This document shows, piece after piece, positions 11,415-23,925 of a stretch of 39,206 nt of DNA. Numbering within the stretch: the stretch's first letter is position 1; every line of letters starts with the position of its first letter. The position numbers and the translations under genes were made by a program. This DNA is from Octopus bimaculoides (taxonomy: Eukaryota), in NCBI RefSeq assembly GCF_001194135.2, contig NC_068987.1, positions 37,337,134 to 37,376,339 on the forward strand, written 5' to 3'. The notes under the pieces were generated by a model. The model saw nothing but the letters and a program-made list of their open reading frames with translations. It was not told the DNA's origin and ran no database searches.

Positions 11415-11886
11415 TTCTATGGTGTATTGCACATGTTTCTTTTTTTTTACTTGAGTAAGAATGAGCCCGTTAGTTTTAAATTAACTCATGAAAAGATTTT
11501 TTTCATGTTGAGCTAAGGTTTCTAATTCTTCTGCTTTATTAAGGTCATTTTCTCAAATAATTAAACGATACATTTCTAAGTAAAAACTTTTACTTATGCA
11601 ATGCACTGTATACCCTAAATACAGTTATCTACCTCTGCAAATATTTTACAAAATGTATCGTCAAATAGCACGTAAAAATGTTTTATAATTCTGCGTCAAC
11701 AAATTGAATAAATAAATTTGATCTTTATGCAGTACAGTTCCATAAAACACCGAACTAGTTGAACTACTGATGTTTCGAGTTGAACTAATTTGGAACCTCT
11801 ATGAAAATTATCGGAATTTTTATTGTTCAGTTGAAATTTCTGTAAATGTTTACAATAATTAAAAGGTATATGAAATTTGTAATTTG

Positions 11887-11955
11887 TAATAATATTATAA
11901 CATACGATTTATAATAATATTATAACATACCATTTATAATAATAACATACGATTT
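11887..11955. repeat. 25-bp minisatellite, about 2.7 copies
   Basis: taataatattataacatacgattta / taataatattataacataccattta / taataataacatacgattt. Confidence 0.85.
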
Positions 11956-12546
11956 TTTACTTTTATTTCATTTTTCAAAAACTTTGCATTTTTACCTTTT
12001 ATTATTACAATTTAAGGTTTCCTTCGCACAAGAGGTGAAATAGTATATATATTTATGTGTAGAGCACTCATTAGGAGGTATTGCAATAGAAAAACTATGA
12101 AAAGTAAGATTTTCAGATTTTACTAACAAATGTAGACATCGAAGGTATATAGAGCAGAAATAATGCATTTACCAAAGGGTTAAAATATTCGGTTTTTAAG
12201 AATCATTGCTCGTTTTCATGCCATTTCTTGAAGAAAAAATTCTAAGGAAATAATGTTTCAAATTTTGTTTTTTCATATCTCTTGCATAAAAAACGACAAT
12301 ATAAGATTGTGAATATGATTAATACTATTTGTCTGGTTTTAAGCTATATCAACCATTCAGCCAACATGGTTAAACAGTAACTAAAATATTATTTTAAAAA
12401 TACATTATCCTAGTATATTTATCCTAGTAAGCCTAGTAATATATCAGTAATTATATATAGATAATTGTATATGTTCATTTCTCCTAATGTAGGGTATTTT
12501 TAATTACGTTTTAACTTTTAGTATTAGGAATATTATCCCTAACAGC

Positions 12547-12990
12547 ATGGAAAAGAAAAAGCATAAATCTGAATCACAGAGACGCTAAGACTGATAAGAA
12601 GCAGAAAAGCAGGAATCATCCAAACGGTGCAGGTCTATTATAAATTTTATGATTTTGTAATACCACAACCACCATCCACATCAATGTCGAGTTCTGCAAC
12701 AAATATTCAAGAAGCAAGAAACAATGCTGATGATGATGATGCAGTGATATGTAAGTTGCAAGAACAGGGAAGAGTTACTTTGAATGTAGAGAGAAATACA
12801 AGTACTTTCTATACTAATCAACTCAGTCCGGTACTATTTCTGGCTTCATTGTTCCAGTATCTGTACTGTCTGTAGTTGCCACGTCTGAAGACACAGCTTC
12901 AACTAGTGACAGGGAATCAGATATTAATTCAGGCATAAATGATTTGGCTTCTGAAGATATTTGTGGACAGGAAGGATAAGTGTCCAATAT
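12547..12990 (+). pseudogene. Decayed coding-like segment, possibly an hAT transposase N-terminus
   Basis: Reads MEKKKHKSESQRR*...KQESSKRCRSIINF followed by an S/T/D-rich stretch. This resembles the basic NLS-like starts of ZMYM1-like hAT transposases. No diagnostic motif. Confidence 0.25.
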
Positions 12991-14249
12991 TGTCAACGTC
13001 TATAGGCACAATACATAAAGAAAAAGAATATTATTATATAATATAGATTCTTATAAATATTTTTTAAAATATGCATATTTAGATAGCGACGGAGCAAGGT
13101 ATTTTCTGAGTGTTTGAATATGTGTGTGTGTGTGTATATGTGTGTGTATGTGTGTGTGTACATATATACATGCATACATATCGAGAGAGTTAAATTTTTA
13201 ATACGAGAAGATGGAATGAACAGGCTTTATTTCAAATCACTACAACTGTTTCCGCGCTTTCAGCATCAGATAATAATTGCTGAATGTTCCTTATGTTATA
13301 CACATCATTGCATTAATATGATTCAACAATAGCTGCATACATGCACGTCTTCAGGCGAGTAGAATCCAAAGCAGTGCTAGATCATTTCTAGTTTCTTTCT
13401 GTTTTGTCCCCACACGATTGTGCTACCTTTAGCATTCCAAAGACAAAGAGTAAGACGGAAATATAAAGCAATACAAATAAGAAAAAATACCAGAAATAAA
13501 TTAATGGAAATAAAAAGATCAAAAATAAAGAACCTTATCATTCATGCTTTCCTTATCAACTGATTTGTCTCGACTTTTAGGAAAATAAACGAACATTCGA
13601 AGATAAAGTCGTAAAATAAGATTTGAACAATTATTTGTCACTTGTGTCTGTAACCGTTCCATTTCAAAGGAAATCAGTGGGGTGTAGTCAGTTCTGTAGT
13701 ACGACAGATGGCCAAAATCTGTCCGCTTTACAGAGTTCCATTTTTGTTTTTATTTAAAATAAAATTCTAAAAATTCCACTACATTTAACAATGACTCGTT
13801 GTATATTTCAAGTTAATTTTTTTTTCTTAGAAATAATACCTATGCATTTTTCTAGGAGCTTATAAGCAGAAATTAAGAACATTTCGTTATTTGTATTTCC
13901 GAGTCTCCTTTTAATAACTTTACTGTCACTCTTGCTTTGTCACAGTTGATTTACAAGTCATTAAGATAGGCTATTAAGTGGAGGAGACTTACTTGCATGC
14001 ACCCTTATACATATAGGTGTTGTCATCATCAGACGTGCTGGCGTAGAGAGCCATTTAAAAAATATTTTTAAACGTTCCCTTCTACATTTATTCCGACTCC
14101 TCCAATCTAAATTAGTAACTAATTTATTTCTCCCATTAGGAATAAGAGAAACACCCTTTACCTGTCAAGTTAGCAATATTCAGACCGGATTTTAAAACAT
14201 ACCTTTTACCAACACTACCATCAACGAAAACATCACTACTGCACCAGTA

Positions 14250-15765
14250 AGCTATCTAAAAAGATTCTACATCTAAACATGATCTACTTCGATGCTATGA
14301 AAAAGCCCGTTCAGACCCTTCTATCAGATATACGATGCAGTTAAAAAAATACTTACCCTAACTTAAGCACCTTTTCTGCGAAACAATTTCGACACCAAGT
14401 ATCTTTTTTTAAAGAGAAAAATTACTTGCTTTCCTAACGCAAATCAATCTCAAAACACAGAACTGGCCAAAAGCCGCCAAAAGAGATAAAAAATAATGTA
14501 AACAAACCGCCGCCATCACTAATTTCTCTTGACTTCCCAAATGTAGCTGAGTCGACAGAGACAGCTGTAGGATATATTCAACTTCGAAATATCCTGAAAC
14601 CACTGTTCAAAGAAAATGTTTCTACTTTCCAAAACGATCGTTAAGTAACAGGCCATTCTCAACAAGATTAAGAAAAAAATCCAACAACTCAAACATTGAA
14701 AATTATCGACGATGTCGCTTGGAGAGCACATAGAATAATGTGATATTAATTACTGGGGTATTAATACCCACATACACACAGTGCTATAACTTTTAAAGAA
14801 CATCTAGGAAAAATCTGCAGTGTACATGGTAATGAAAGTACTAAACCGAAACAATATCGATGATAAACAAAACTTGAAAAAACATCAACAATCTACGTTG
14901 CCATATTGGATGGCTAACCACGATAATAAAATGTAAGAGGAACAATGAGTTTACACATCAGTCACATCTTATACACAAATTAACAAAATTGTATGGTAAC
15001 TTTTCACAACAAGCTCTCGAATGGAGGTTAGTTACTCTAAAGCCCGAACTCAGGGTTCTGAGCGAAAATCTTGACTGCCGCCAACGAATTTTTGAACGAG
15101 TCTGTATAAATCACAAGTTTGCTTCTAACCCATTGACAGTATAAAGAGAGAGAAGGAAGGAAAATATTAACTTTAAGAAAGCTCCTTCTCCGGAAGATCT
15201 TGAATCATTCTGGTTGAAGATGTGGAACGAGAAAAGGTATCTCAACCTCAATGCATCGTGGCTAAATGCAGTAAAGAGGGCATACTGTGCCAGCATCAAT
15301 AGTAAAATATATGCAATTGGCTCAGAAAATTTCCTCATAGTTGTAGGCAAACTGCATAATGGGAAGGCATCCGGTAGGGACATAATAATTCGATACTGAT
15401 ATAAGAGGCTGACATTTTATAGGAACCACTAATAAGTATATTCAAAAGTACGTTGGAAGGTAAGGTTGACATATCAAATTGGCATCCTTTGGTCGAATCT
15501 CGTGGCCAAGAATGAAACCACCGAATTGCCTGAAAATTACAGGCCCATTGCTTGCCTAAACATTATGTACAAACTGTATACAAGCTGACTCAAGCAATTC
15601 CTCCAGAATCTTTGTAAGTCCAACAACATTGTAACTGGTGGAAAGAAGGGAATGTGGGGATGTGCCGAACAACTTCTGATAAACAAAGCTGTACTGCCTG
15701 AGGTAGAAAAAAAGACGTCGTAAGAGCTTTACGACAGTATTGTTTGATTATAGGATTGATTGCTA
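14250..15765 (+). mobile_element. R4/Dong-clade (RLE-type) non-LTR retrotransposon remnant
   Basis: From 15499 it reads LVAKNETTELPENYRPIACLNIMYKLYTS*LKQFL...GGKKGMWGCAEQLLINKAVL (RT motifs NYRPIACL and GCxEQLLINK). Upstream pieces read FWLKMWNEK...NASWL...KASGRD and RCYEKARSDPSIRY. The 5' boundary is approximate. Confidence 0.8.
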
Positions 15766-15779
15766 ATAACTTTGAAATT

Positions 15780-16850
15780 GTATGATGGCCTAATTTTCAG
15801 CATATGCGTTGAATTCACCTTTTTTATGTACCCTGCCCTACCACTGACTGTGTGAAGGATGATCTATTAGGATGAACAAATCCTTGCAGGCAACATCATT
15901 GTAAAATTTGGTCCCTGTCTTGTACCATCATTACCTGGCACAACGGAAAGCAGTCGCTCTCAGATAACACTTTTTAGTATATGCCGAATAATAATGCTAA
16001 ACTGATCGATGGATGAATTATCTTGTGTTGAATCAACCTGAATAGACCAACATCTTGCTTGAGAAACTTTATGCCCAATTCTTTCTCGTACCATATTCTT
16101 CGCAATTTGGATTAAGATGTTAATAGTTGATTTAGGTATGTAACAACTCCACCACAGCCTTTACTTTGAGCCTTTCCTGGTTGTTCTAATCGTTTGATTC
16201 TTTGTCCAGACTTATTTTACACTATAAAAACGTGAGCTGCCTTAGCGGTGTCATTGTTTGCCATCAACTTCACTGAAGCTAAAAAATTGATTCAGAACCT
16301 CATTATCCAGAGTGTAGGCCGATTTATTTCTTTGATTTTGAAAATGAAGTGTCTGCTTGTTTAACATCATTATGATGTCTATAATCCTCATAACAATACT
16401 TCTCTGCTTCAATACTTCGTTTCTGTTAATTAGTGATGCCGCAAAAAATTATCTAAGGTGCCATTACTAATTACAATGATATGTTGCTCGGAATTTCTGA
16501 CATGTGTTGTTGTCGATTCGTGTAAAGCCAAGCTTTGGTTAATACACCTGTAGCCACTAAAACCACATATAAAGGGTGATGGATTACAAGTGTTGAGAGA
16601 CTAAAAGTCTAAGCAGTATGAACAAGATAAGCACATTTTCTTTGTTATATGTTAGCCATTTTCTTGGAGCTGAACCATTCATAATTTTCCTTTCATACAG
16701 ACGAGTATCAAATGGCAAACCATCACGTGGCTGAAATGGATGTTCAGCAAAAAACTTTCTGATTTGCTCGTGTTGGATATTGGAAAATTCCAGTAGTCGA
16801 TCTTTCATTTGCTTGTCTAGGTTCAGTTACAGGACACGCTTCACACACAC
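15780..16850 (-). pseudogene. hAT transposase remnant (TTF-type zinc finger / ZMYM1-like, Tip100/Ac-like)
   Basis: Reads HPFQP...PFDTRLYERKIMNGSAPRKWLTY (16584-16808). Further on it reads SIQVDSTQDNSSIDQFSIIIR (16046-15984; first catalytic Asp motif), ERLLSVVPGNDGT and a GQG remnant. Confidence 0.75.
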
Positions 16851-17169
16851 TCATGCATAAACGATAACATCCATGCTTGTATTCAATAACCTTATGCCAA
16901 CACACATACACACATACGTACACATAAATTAACTTAAGAAGTAAGCATACGTGTACACACATATAAGCACACATATAAACACTTGAACATACACTCACAC
17001 ATAAACCAAAATGGACCAAAAACATCCATGTTTTGCAAAAAAAAAACTTTTATTTCACTTCATTTTATTATTTCCATTATTTTTATTTTATTATTAATAT
17101 ATTTCATTATTATCATTATTTATTATTAATCTTTATTTTTATTCTTTATCTTTATTCTTATACACTTTA

Positions 17170-17206
<37 letters not shown>

Positions 17207-17276
17207 TTATGTTTGACTTTTGTTTTGCATTTGTACAAGTTGGATCCAATATTATTATTATTATTATTATTATTAA

Positions 17277-17319
<43 letters not shown>

Positions 17320-17390
17320 GTTGTTATTATTATTATTATTATTATTATCCTTATTATTTTTGTTATATTCAAATAAAAATAAAAACATTA
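17170..17390. repeat. (ATT)n microsatellite
   Basis: Directly visible; it explains the poly-L and poly-N ORFs. Confidence 0.95.
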
Positions 17391-17942
17391 ACGCATGNNN
17401 NNNNNNNNNNNNNNNNNNNNNNNNNNNNNNNNNNNNNNNNNNNNNNNNNNNNNNNNNNNNNNNNNNNNNNNNNNNNNNNNNNNNNNNNNNNNNNNNNNNN
17501 NNNNNNNNNNNNNNNNNNNNNNNNNNNNNNNNNNNNNNNNNNNNNNNNNNNNNNNNNNNNNNNNNNNNNNNNNNNNNNNNNNNNNNNNNNNNNNNNNNNN
17601 NNNNNNNNNNNNNNNNNNNNNNNNNNNNNNNNNNNNNNNNNNNNNNNNNNNNNNNNNNNNNNNNNNNNNNNNNNNNNNNNNNNNNNNNNNNNNNNNNNNN
17701 NNNNNNNNNNNNNNNNNNNNNNNNNNNNNNNNNNNNNNNNNNNNNNNNNNNNNNNNNNNNNNNNNNNNNNNNNNNNNNNNNNNNNNNNNNNNNNNNNNNN
17801 NNNNNNNNNNNNNNNNNNNNNNNNNNNNNNNNNNNNNNNNNNNNNNNNNNNNNNNNNNNNNNNNNNNNNNNNNNNNNNNNNNNNNNNNNNNNNNNNNNNN
17901 NNNNNNNNNNNNNNNNNNNNNNNNNNNNNNNNNNNNNNNNNN

Positions 17943-17994
<52 letters not shown>

Positions 17995-18189
17995 ACACAC
18001 ACACGCGCACACACACACACACACTCTCTCTGTCTTTATACATATATACGTGTGAATGTGTGTGTTTTTGTGCGTGTGTATGTGTACATACACACATATG
18101 CATACATACGTACATACATACATACATACATACATGCACACATTTATCTATCTTTCTCTCTCTCTCTCACTCTCTATCTATCTGTCTAT

Positions 18190-18242
<53 letters not shown>

Positions 18243-18245
18243 AAC
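17943..18245. repeat. Compound microsatellite (AC)n/(ATAC)n/(TC)n/(TATC)n
   Basis: Directly visible. Confidence 0.95.
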
Positions 18246-19191
18246 CTAGCTACCCATCTATAACTCTGTATGAGTATGTTGACTATATCTGTGCGTGCGT
18301 GTTTAAGTGTTTGTCTACATGTATATGTGTATGTATATGTGTATGTATATATGTTATGTATGTATGTTCTAGAACCTATACACCAATACTTAACTGGTGA
18401 AGTTTCTTTCTCTCTGTCTCTCTTTTTTTAACATTCTCCATTACAAAATACCATTTCAATTCGCTGCTTTACATTTCCCAAATGTCACACGTGGTTCAGC
18501 TCTTTTACATTCTGTGAGAAAAACAAGACTTGCTGAAACCTATCTTCTCCTTCTTTCTCCTCTGTTCCTTCCTTTCTCTTGTATTTTTTAAACTTATTCA
18601 TGCATTTGTCATACATACATACATACATCCGTATATATATANNNNNNNNNNNNNNNNNNNNNNNNNNNNNNNNNNNNNNNNNNNNNNNNNNNNNNNNNNN
18701 NNNNNNNNNNNNNNNNNNNNNNNNNNNNNNNNNNNNNNNNNNNNNNNNNNNNNNNNNNNNNNNNNNNNNNNNNNNNNNNNNNNNNNNNNNNNNNNNNNNN
18801 NNNNNNNNNNNNNNNNNNNNNNNNNNNNNNNNNNNNNNNNNNNNNNNNNNNNNNNNNNNNNNNNNNNNNNNNNNNNNNNNNNNNNNNNNNNNNNNNNNNN
18901 NNNNNNNNNNNNNNNNNNNNNNNNNNNNNNNNNNNNNNNNNNNNNNNNNNNNNNNNNNNNNNNNNNNNNNNNNNNNNNNNNNNNNNNNNNNNNNNNNNNN
19001 NNNNNNNNNNNNNNNNNNNNNNNNNNNNNNNNNNNNNNNNNNNNNNNNNNNNNNNNNNNNNNNNNNNNNNNNNNNNNNNNNNNNNNNNNNNNNNNNNNNN
19101 NNNNNNNNNNNNNNNNNNNNNNNNNNNNNNNNNNNNNNNNNNNNNNNNNNNNNNNNNNNNNNNNNNNNNNNNNNNNNNNNNNNNNNNNNNN

Positions 19192-19543
19192 CCACTGTGG
19201 CACTTTCATTAATTGTTTTCACAAACAGCACCGAACCAATCAAAGCCTTGTGAGTACATTTGGTAAACGAAAACGGAAAGAAGCCCGTCTAATATACATA
19301 CATACATGTGTGTGTGCGCGCGCGCGCGCGCATGTGTGTGCGTGCCCATCACTGCTTGACAACCAATGTCGGGATGTTTACGTCTCTGTAGCATAGCAGT
19401 TCGATAAAAGATTCCGAAAAAATAAGTATCAGGTTTAAAAAAGAATATAAGGACTGAGGCCGATTCGTTCGACTAAAATTTCTCAAGGCGGTGCCCCAGC
19501 ATGGCCGCAGTCTAATGACTGAAACAAGTAAAAGATAGAAGAT
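19192..19543 (+). mobile_element. SINE family A, near-complete diverged copy
   Basis: Contains the CORE-like part (caaagccttgtgagtacatttggtaaacg...gaagcccgtc), an internal CA/TG/CG microsatellite, and the 3' part ending ggcggtgccccagcatggccgcagtctaatgactgaaacaagtaaaaga. It links the 5' fragments (5059, 37536) to the 3' fragments (89, 35116). Confidence 0.85.
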
Positions 19544-19669
19544 ATATATACATACATATATACATCACTCATCTATTCACACAAATATATATACATACAT
19601 ATATACATCTATAAATAAATATACACAGATGAATATACGTATATTTCTATACATACATATACATACGGG

Positions 19670-19711
<42 letters not shown>

Positions 19712-19962
19712 CGTGCGTGCGTGTATGTCTGTGTGCCTGTGTGTGTGCGCGCGATTGTATTCATTGTTTAAAGTGAGAACAACAAAAAAGTATGTTGTTT
19801 CGTTCTAGAACACGTCCAAGATTGAGTAAGAAACGTAGTGGTCGTTGTTGTGGGGCTGTTGACGGAGGAAATTGTATTCGAGCTAAAAGTAATGATAGTG
19901 GTGATGCAGAAATACTAAGAGTCTATAACTGAGAGTAGAAGAGTGTATAGAACAATACCTAG

Positions 19963-20468
19963 TGGAGGCGCAATGGCCCAGTGGTTAGGGCAGCGGACTC
20001 GCGGTCATAGGATCGCGGTTTCGATTCCCAGACTGGGCATTGTGAGTACTTATTGAGTGAAAGCACCTAAAGCTCCATGAGGCTCCGGCAGGGGATGGTG
20101 GCGAACCCTGCTGTACTCTTTCACCACAACTTTCTCTCGCTCTTACTTCCTGTTTCTGTTGTGCCTGTAATTCAAAGGGTCAGCCTTGTCNNNNNNNNNN
20201 GGATGGTGGCGAACCCTGCTGTACTCTTTCACCACAACTTTCTCTCGCTCTTACTTCCTGTTTCTGTTGTGCCTGTAATTCAAAGGGTCAGCCTTGTCAT
20301 ACCGTGTCACGCTGAATATCCCCGAGAACTACGTTAAGGTTACACGTCTCTGTGGAGTGCTCAGCCACTTGCACGTTAATTACAAGAGCAGGCTGTTCCG
20401 TTGATCAGATCAACTGGAACCCTCGACGTCGTAAGCGACGGAGTGCCAACAACAACAACAACAACAAC
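19963..20468 (+). mobile_element. SINE family C (tRNA-derived head, (CAA)n tail), full length with TSD
   Basis: A-box tggcccagtgg at 19974-19984, B-box ggtttcgattcc at 20017-20028, and a (caa)n tail. The 14-bp TSD agaacaatacctag lies at 19949-19962 and 20469-20482. The apparent internal 98-bp duplication flanks a 10-N gap. Confidence 0.9.
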
Positions 20469-20505
20469 AGAACAATACCTAGAGGTAGCATGAAAACCTG
20501 AGATT

Positions 20506-20737
20506 TGATGATGGTGATGATCATGATGATGATGAAGATGATGATAATGATGATGATGATGATGATGTTGATGATGATGATGATGGTAGTGGTGGTGGTG
20601 GTGGTGGTGATGGTATTAATTCTGATGATGACGGTAACGATGATAGTGCTGGTGATAATGGTGGTGGTGATGATTTTGATGATGATGATGACTGGTGATA
20701 ATGGTAGTAGTGGTAATAGTGATCGAGATGGTGAGTC

Positions 20738-20769
<32 letters not shown>

Positions 20770-20818
20770 CTTCTTCTTCTTCTTCTTCTTCTTCTTCTTC
20801 TTCTTCTTCTTCTTCTTC
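20506..20818. repeat. (GAT)n/(GGT)n and (TCT)n trinucleotide repeats
   Basis: Directly visible; they explain the poly-M/V/S ORF at 20505-20942. Confidence 0.95.
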
Positions 20819-20980
20819 GTCACGCAGGACAAAAGGCTTAACGAACCTTCTTCCGGCTTTACGTTACGAATTCAAATGTCACCGAGGGTGGCTTTGCTTT
20901 CCATTCTTTCGGGTTTCCATCCATAAAATGATTACCAGTTGAAGACTTGGTTCGATGTAAGCAACTTACTTCTTCCCCAC
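20819..20980 (+). mobile_element. SINE family B, old degenerate copy
   Basis: gaattcaaatgtcaccgagggtggctttgctttccattctttcggg...ttaccagttgaagacttggttcgatgtaagcaac aligns by eye with 2605-2700. Confidence 0.65.
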
Positions 20981-21150
20981 TGGTTGATACCTTTTTATTA
21001 CTCGCATCACGAGGGAAAATTTGGGAAAGAACAAAAATTTCTTCAAATAATATAAAAATTTCAAAATTGCTTCCACGCTATCGTGTTTGCCAGCCGACCA
21101 GGAACTGAAGAAAGCGAGAAGTGGGTTGAAGCTTAATTTCTCGTTCGCAG

Positions 21151-21514
21151 CTCACACCTCCCACCACACAACATCACAACCGTAGTAATGACCAGTAACA
21201 ACAATATCAGTAGCAACAACAGCAGTAGCGACAGCAGCGATAATATGTCAAGTGGAAAAGCAGGTAGTTGTAGCAGTAAAACAACTACCGTTGCACACAA
21301 GATCGCCAATATGAGAGATGTATTCATCGCCCACGCTACCTCTCCATTCGCTGCAAACTGTTCTACTGGTGCTTCTACTGTCACACCAGTAACCAGCAAT
21401 CGCAACATAGTAGACTCAGGATACAACCGCATCTCCTGGAACAAACAGATAGAAAAAGGTGACATAGGGAGCTTAATCACTGAAGAGGCACCATCTGGAC
21501 CAGGCTTTTCGAGT
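21151..21514 (+). CDS. Candidate exon encoding an unrecognised S/T/N-rich peptide
   Basis: The frame is open from 21137 to 21523. It is preceded by cttaatttctcgttcgcag (branch-like motif, pyrimidine tract, AG) and followed by gtaagt at 21515. No TE or protein motif was recognised. Confidence 0.3.
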
Positions 21515-22332
21515 GTAAGTTGAACTATGCTTGAAAAACATCTGGAGTGACAATGAAATTGTTCACTCGTATACAGACAACATGACTATATTCGAGCGAA
21601 TTTTCACTCGGAAATCGCGATCCAAAAGCCCTCCATTGAGCCACATCGAAGTTACACTGATACCAATTTACCTGGAACCTAACCAAAATTGCAAACATTC
21701 TTCCTGACTTCTCGTGGGTGGTTAAATCTAGCATGTTGCTAGAAATAAAAGAGATACTGAAAGGAAAATGGCGTCGGGAATGGAGTTCCTGATTTAGGCG
21801 AATCATGAAACTCTGGACAAGATCCCCGATCTAAAGGAGATCCTAGGAAGACAACAACTGCAGGTAGTCGTGATGCAATAATTTTGGAAACATCTATCAC
21901 CTTAAAGACTTCTGGCCTCAGCAACAACTGAAAGTGATCACTGACAGGCCTTCATTACTGCCAAAGCAACAAGATCAAGAATAGAAGCAATACCTGCAAC
22001 AACAATAATAACATCACCAATAAAGGAATTAATAACCACTAAAATAACAAAAGGAACACCATACCGATAACAACAGAAAGGTCATCAACAGAACAAATTA
22101 CAAACCCCAACAAGACATGCTTCTTCTCGTTTCGGAGCCTTCACGAATATGTTGTATGGCGAAGGGAACGAACAATACTTTAAATAACAACAAGTATTCA
22201 ATAGAAAGAAAATTAAATAAAAGAAAAAACATTATGAAAACAAAAAGCTGGCAAGTTGGAACGAAAGTAAGAGATACATTTAAACAACAATACATCAATC
22301 AACAGCACCACTAACAACAACAATACTATCAA

Positions 22333-22367
<35 letters not shown>

Positions 22368-23179
22368 CCACCACCACCAACACCATCACTATGAACATCA
22401 ATATTACAAAACATTAGAACAACCTAATTCACACTCACCCTTACAACCAAAACACAAACCCTGACACGTACAAAAGGAAACCATTAACTACATGGCCATA
22501 GACACAAACAGTAATAATTTAATGTAACACATACATCGACATGCAAACATTATACATGTTAACTACATTACTTTAAAAAATAGTGGTGCTACAAACTACA
22601 AAACATATACAACCTTTTAAACACTAAAAATCCCAATGGAAAAGTTTTTGAGGAAATACTAAGACAAGACTCTACAAATGCACGCCTGTACAAATGCCCA
22701 CAAAAAAACAGGCAGCTGGGAACTTTTCCTTCTACGGGAATAAAATAAGTGATCCTTCTTATTTTCTTCCATTTATCTAACATGACCTTACTCAGAATAG
22801 TTAGGGTGAATGCACATAAACTGGGGCCTCCTTGGTCATCAGCGAGATTAGAATTTCCGAGGCACGAGCCTTTCAGAACATACAGACGTTCATAAATTTG
22901 TGTACATAGACTTCAGCATTAACTTCCTCACTCCTAACGCCTGTATGTTCTGAAAATATAATTCTCCTAAACAAAGTGTACTTCACATTCAAGGCCCCGA
23001 TGAAACTATAGGACTCAACAAAGGGTACTCTCCCTCTCACGCTGTGCTTTATGTGTATAAGTAGTGAAATTCTGCTCGAACTTTGGTGCAAGCTGTGATT
23101 TTCGTATTGCATATTCTCCACTCGTTTTCATGGGATCATAAGTGGTATATGTGCATGTTCGGATGTATGCATATATATT

Positions 23180-23217
<38 letters not shown>

Positions 23218-23925
23218 NNNNNNNNNNNNNNNNNNNNNNNNNNNNNNNNNNNNNNNNNNNNNNNNNNNNNNNNNNNNNNNNNNNNNNNNNNNNNNNNNNN
23301 NNNNNNNNNNNNNNNNNNNNNNNNNNNNNNNNNNNNNNNNNNNNNNNNNNNNNNNNNNNNNNNNNNNNNNNNNNNNNNNNNNNNNNNNNNNNNNNNNNNN
23401 NNNNNNNNNNNNNNNNNNNNNNNNNNNNNNNNNNNNNNNNNNNNNNNNNNNNNNNNNNNNNNNNNNNNNNNNNNNNNNNNNNNNNNNNNNNNNNNNNNNN
23501 NNNNNNNNNNNNNNNNNNNNNNNNNNNNNNNNNNNNNNNNNNNNNNNNNNNNNNNNNNNNNNNNNNNNNNNNNNNNNNNNNNNNNNNNNNNNNNNNNNNN
23601 NNNNNNNNNNNNNNNNNNNNNNNNNNNNNNNNNNNNNNNNNNNNNNNNNNNNNNNNNNNNNNNNNNNNNNNNNNNNNNNNNNNNNNNNNNNNNNNNNNNN
23701 NNNNNNNNNNNNNNNNNNNNNNNNNNTGAGAACAATTTAGGTCTTATTAGACACAAGATGTGATCTATTTCTAGCACATTGAATGTCCACGTTAGTGGTC
23801 AACGTCATATAAAAAATAAAAAATAAAAATATATATATATATATATATATATATAAACACACACACACATATGGACTTACCGTTCTTCGACAACATTTCA
23901 TGTCTTAATTGTTTTTTGCTTGCTA

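Noticed and set aside
11887-11955. Short direct repeats as a possible CRISPR array
   Set aside because: The repeats are contiguous with no spacers, and the context is eukaryotic with no cas genes.
19963-20035. tRNA-like sequence with A and B boxes
   Set aside because: It is the head of a SINE with body, (CAA)n tail and TSD, and does not form a full cloverleaf.
20093-20298. Exact 98-bp tandem duplication inside SINE C (20093-20190 = 20201-20298)
   Set aside because: The identical copies flank a 10-N placeholder gap, the typical signature of unmerged overlapping contig ends.
22570-23130. Complex unique sequence with short ORFs
   Set aside because: All frames are interrupted and no motif was recognised, so it cannot be classified.
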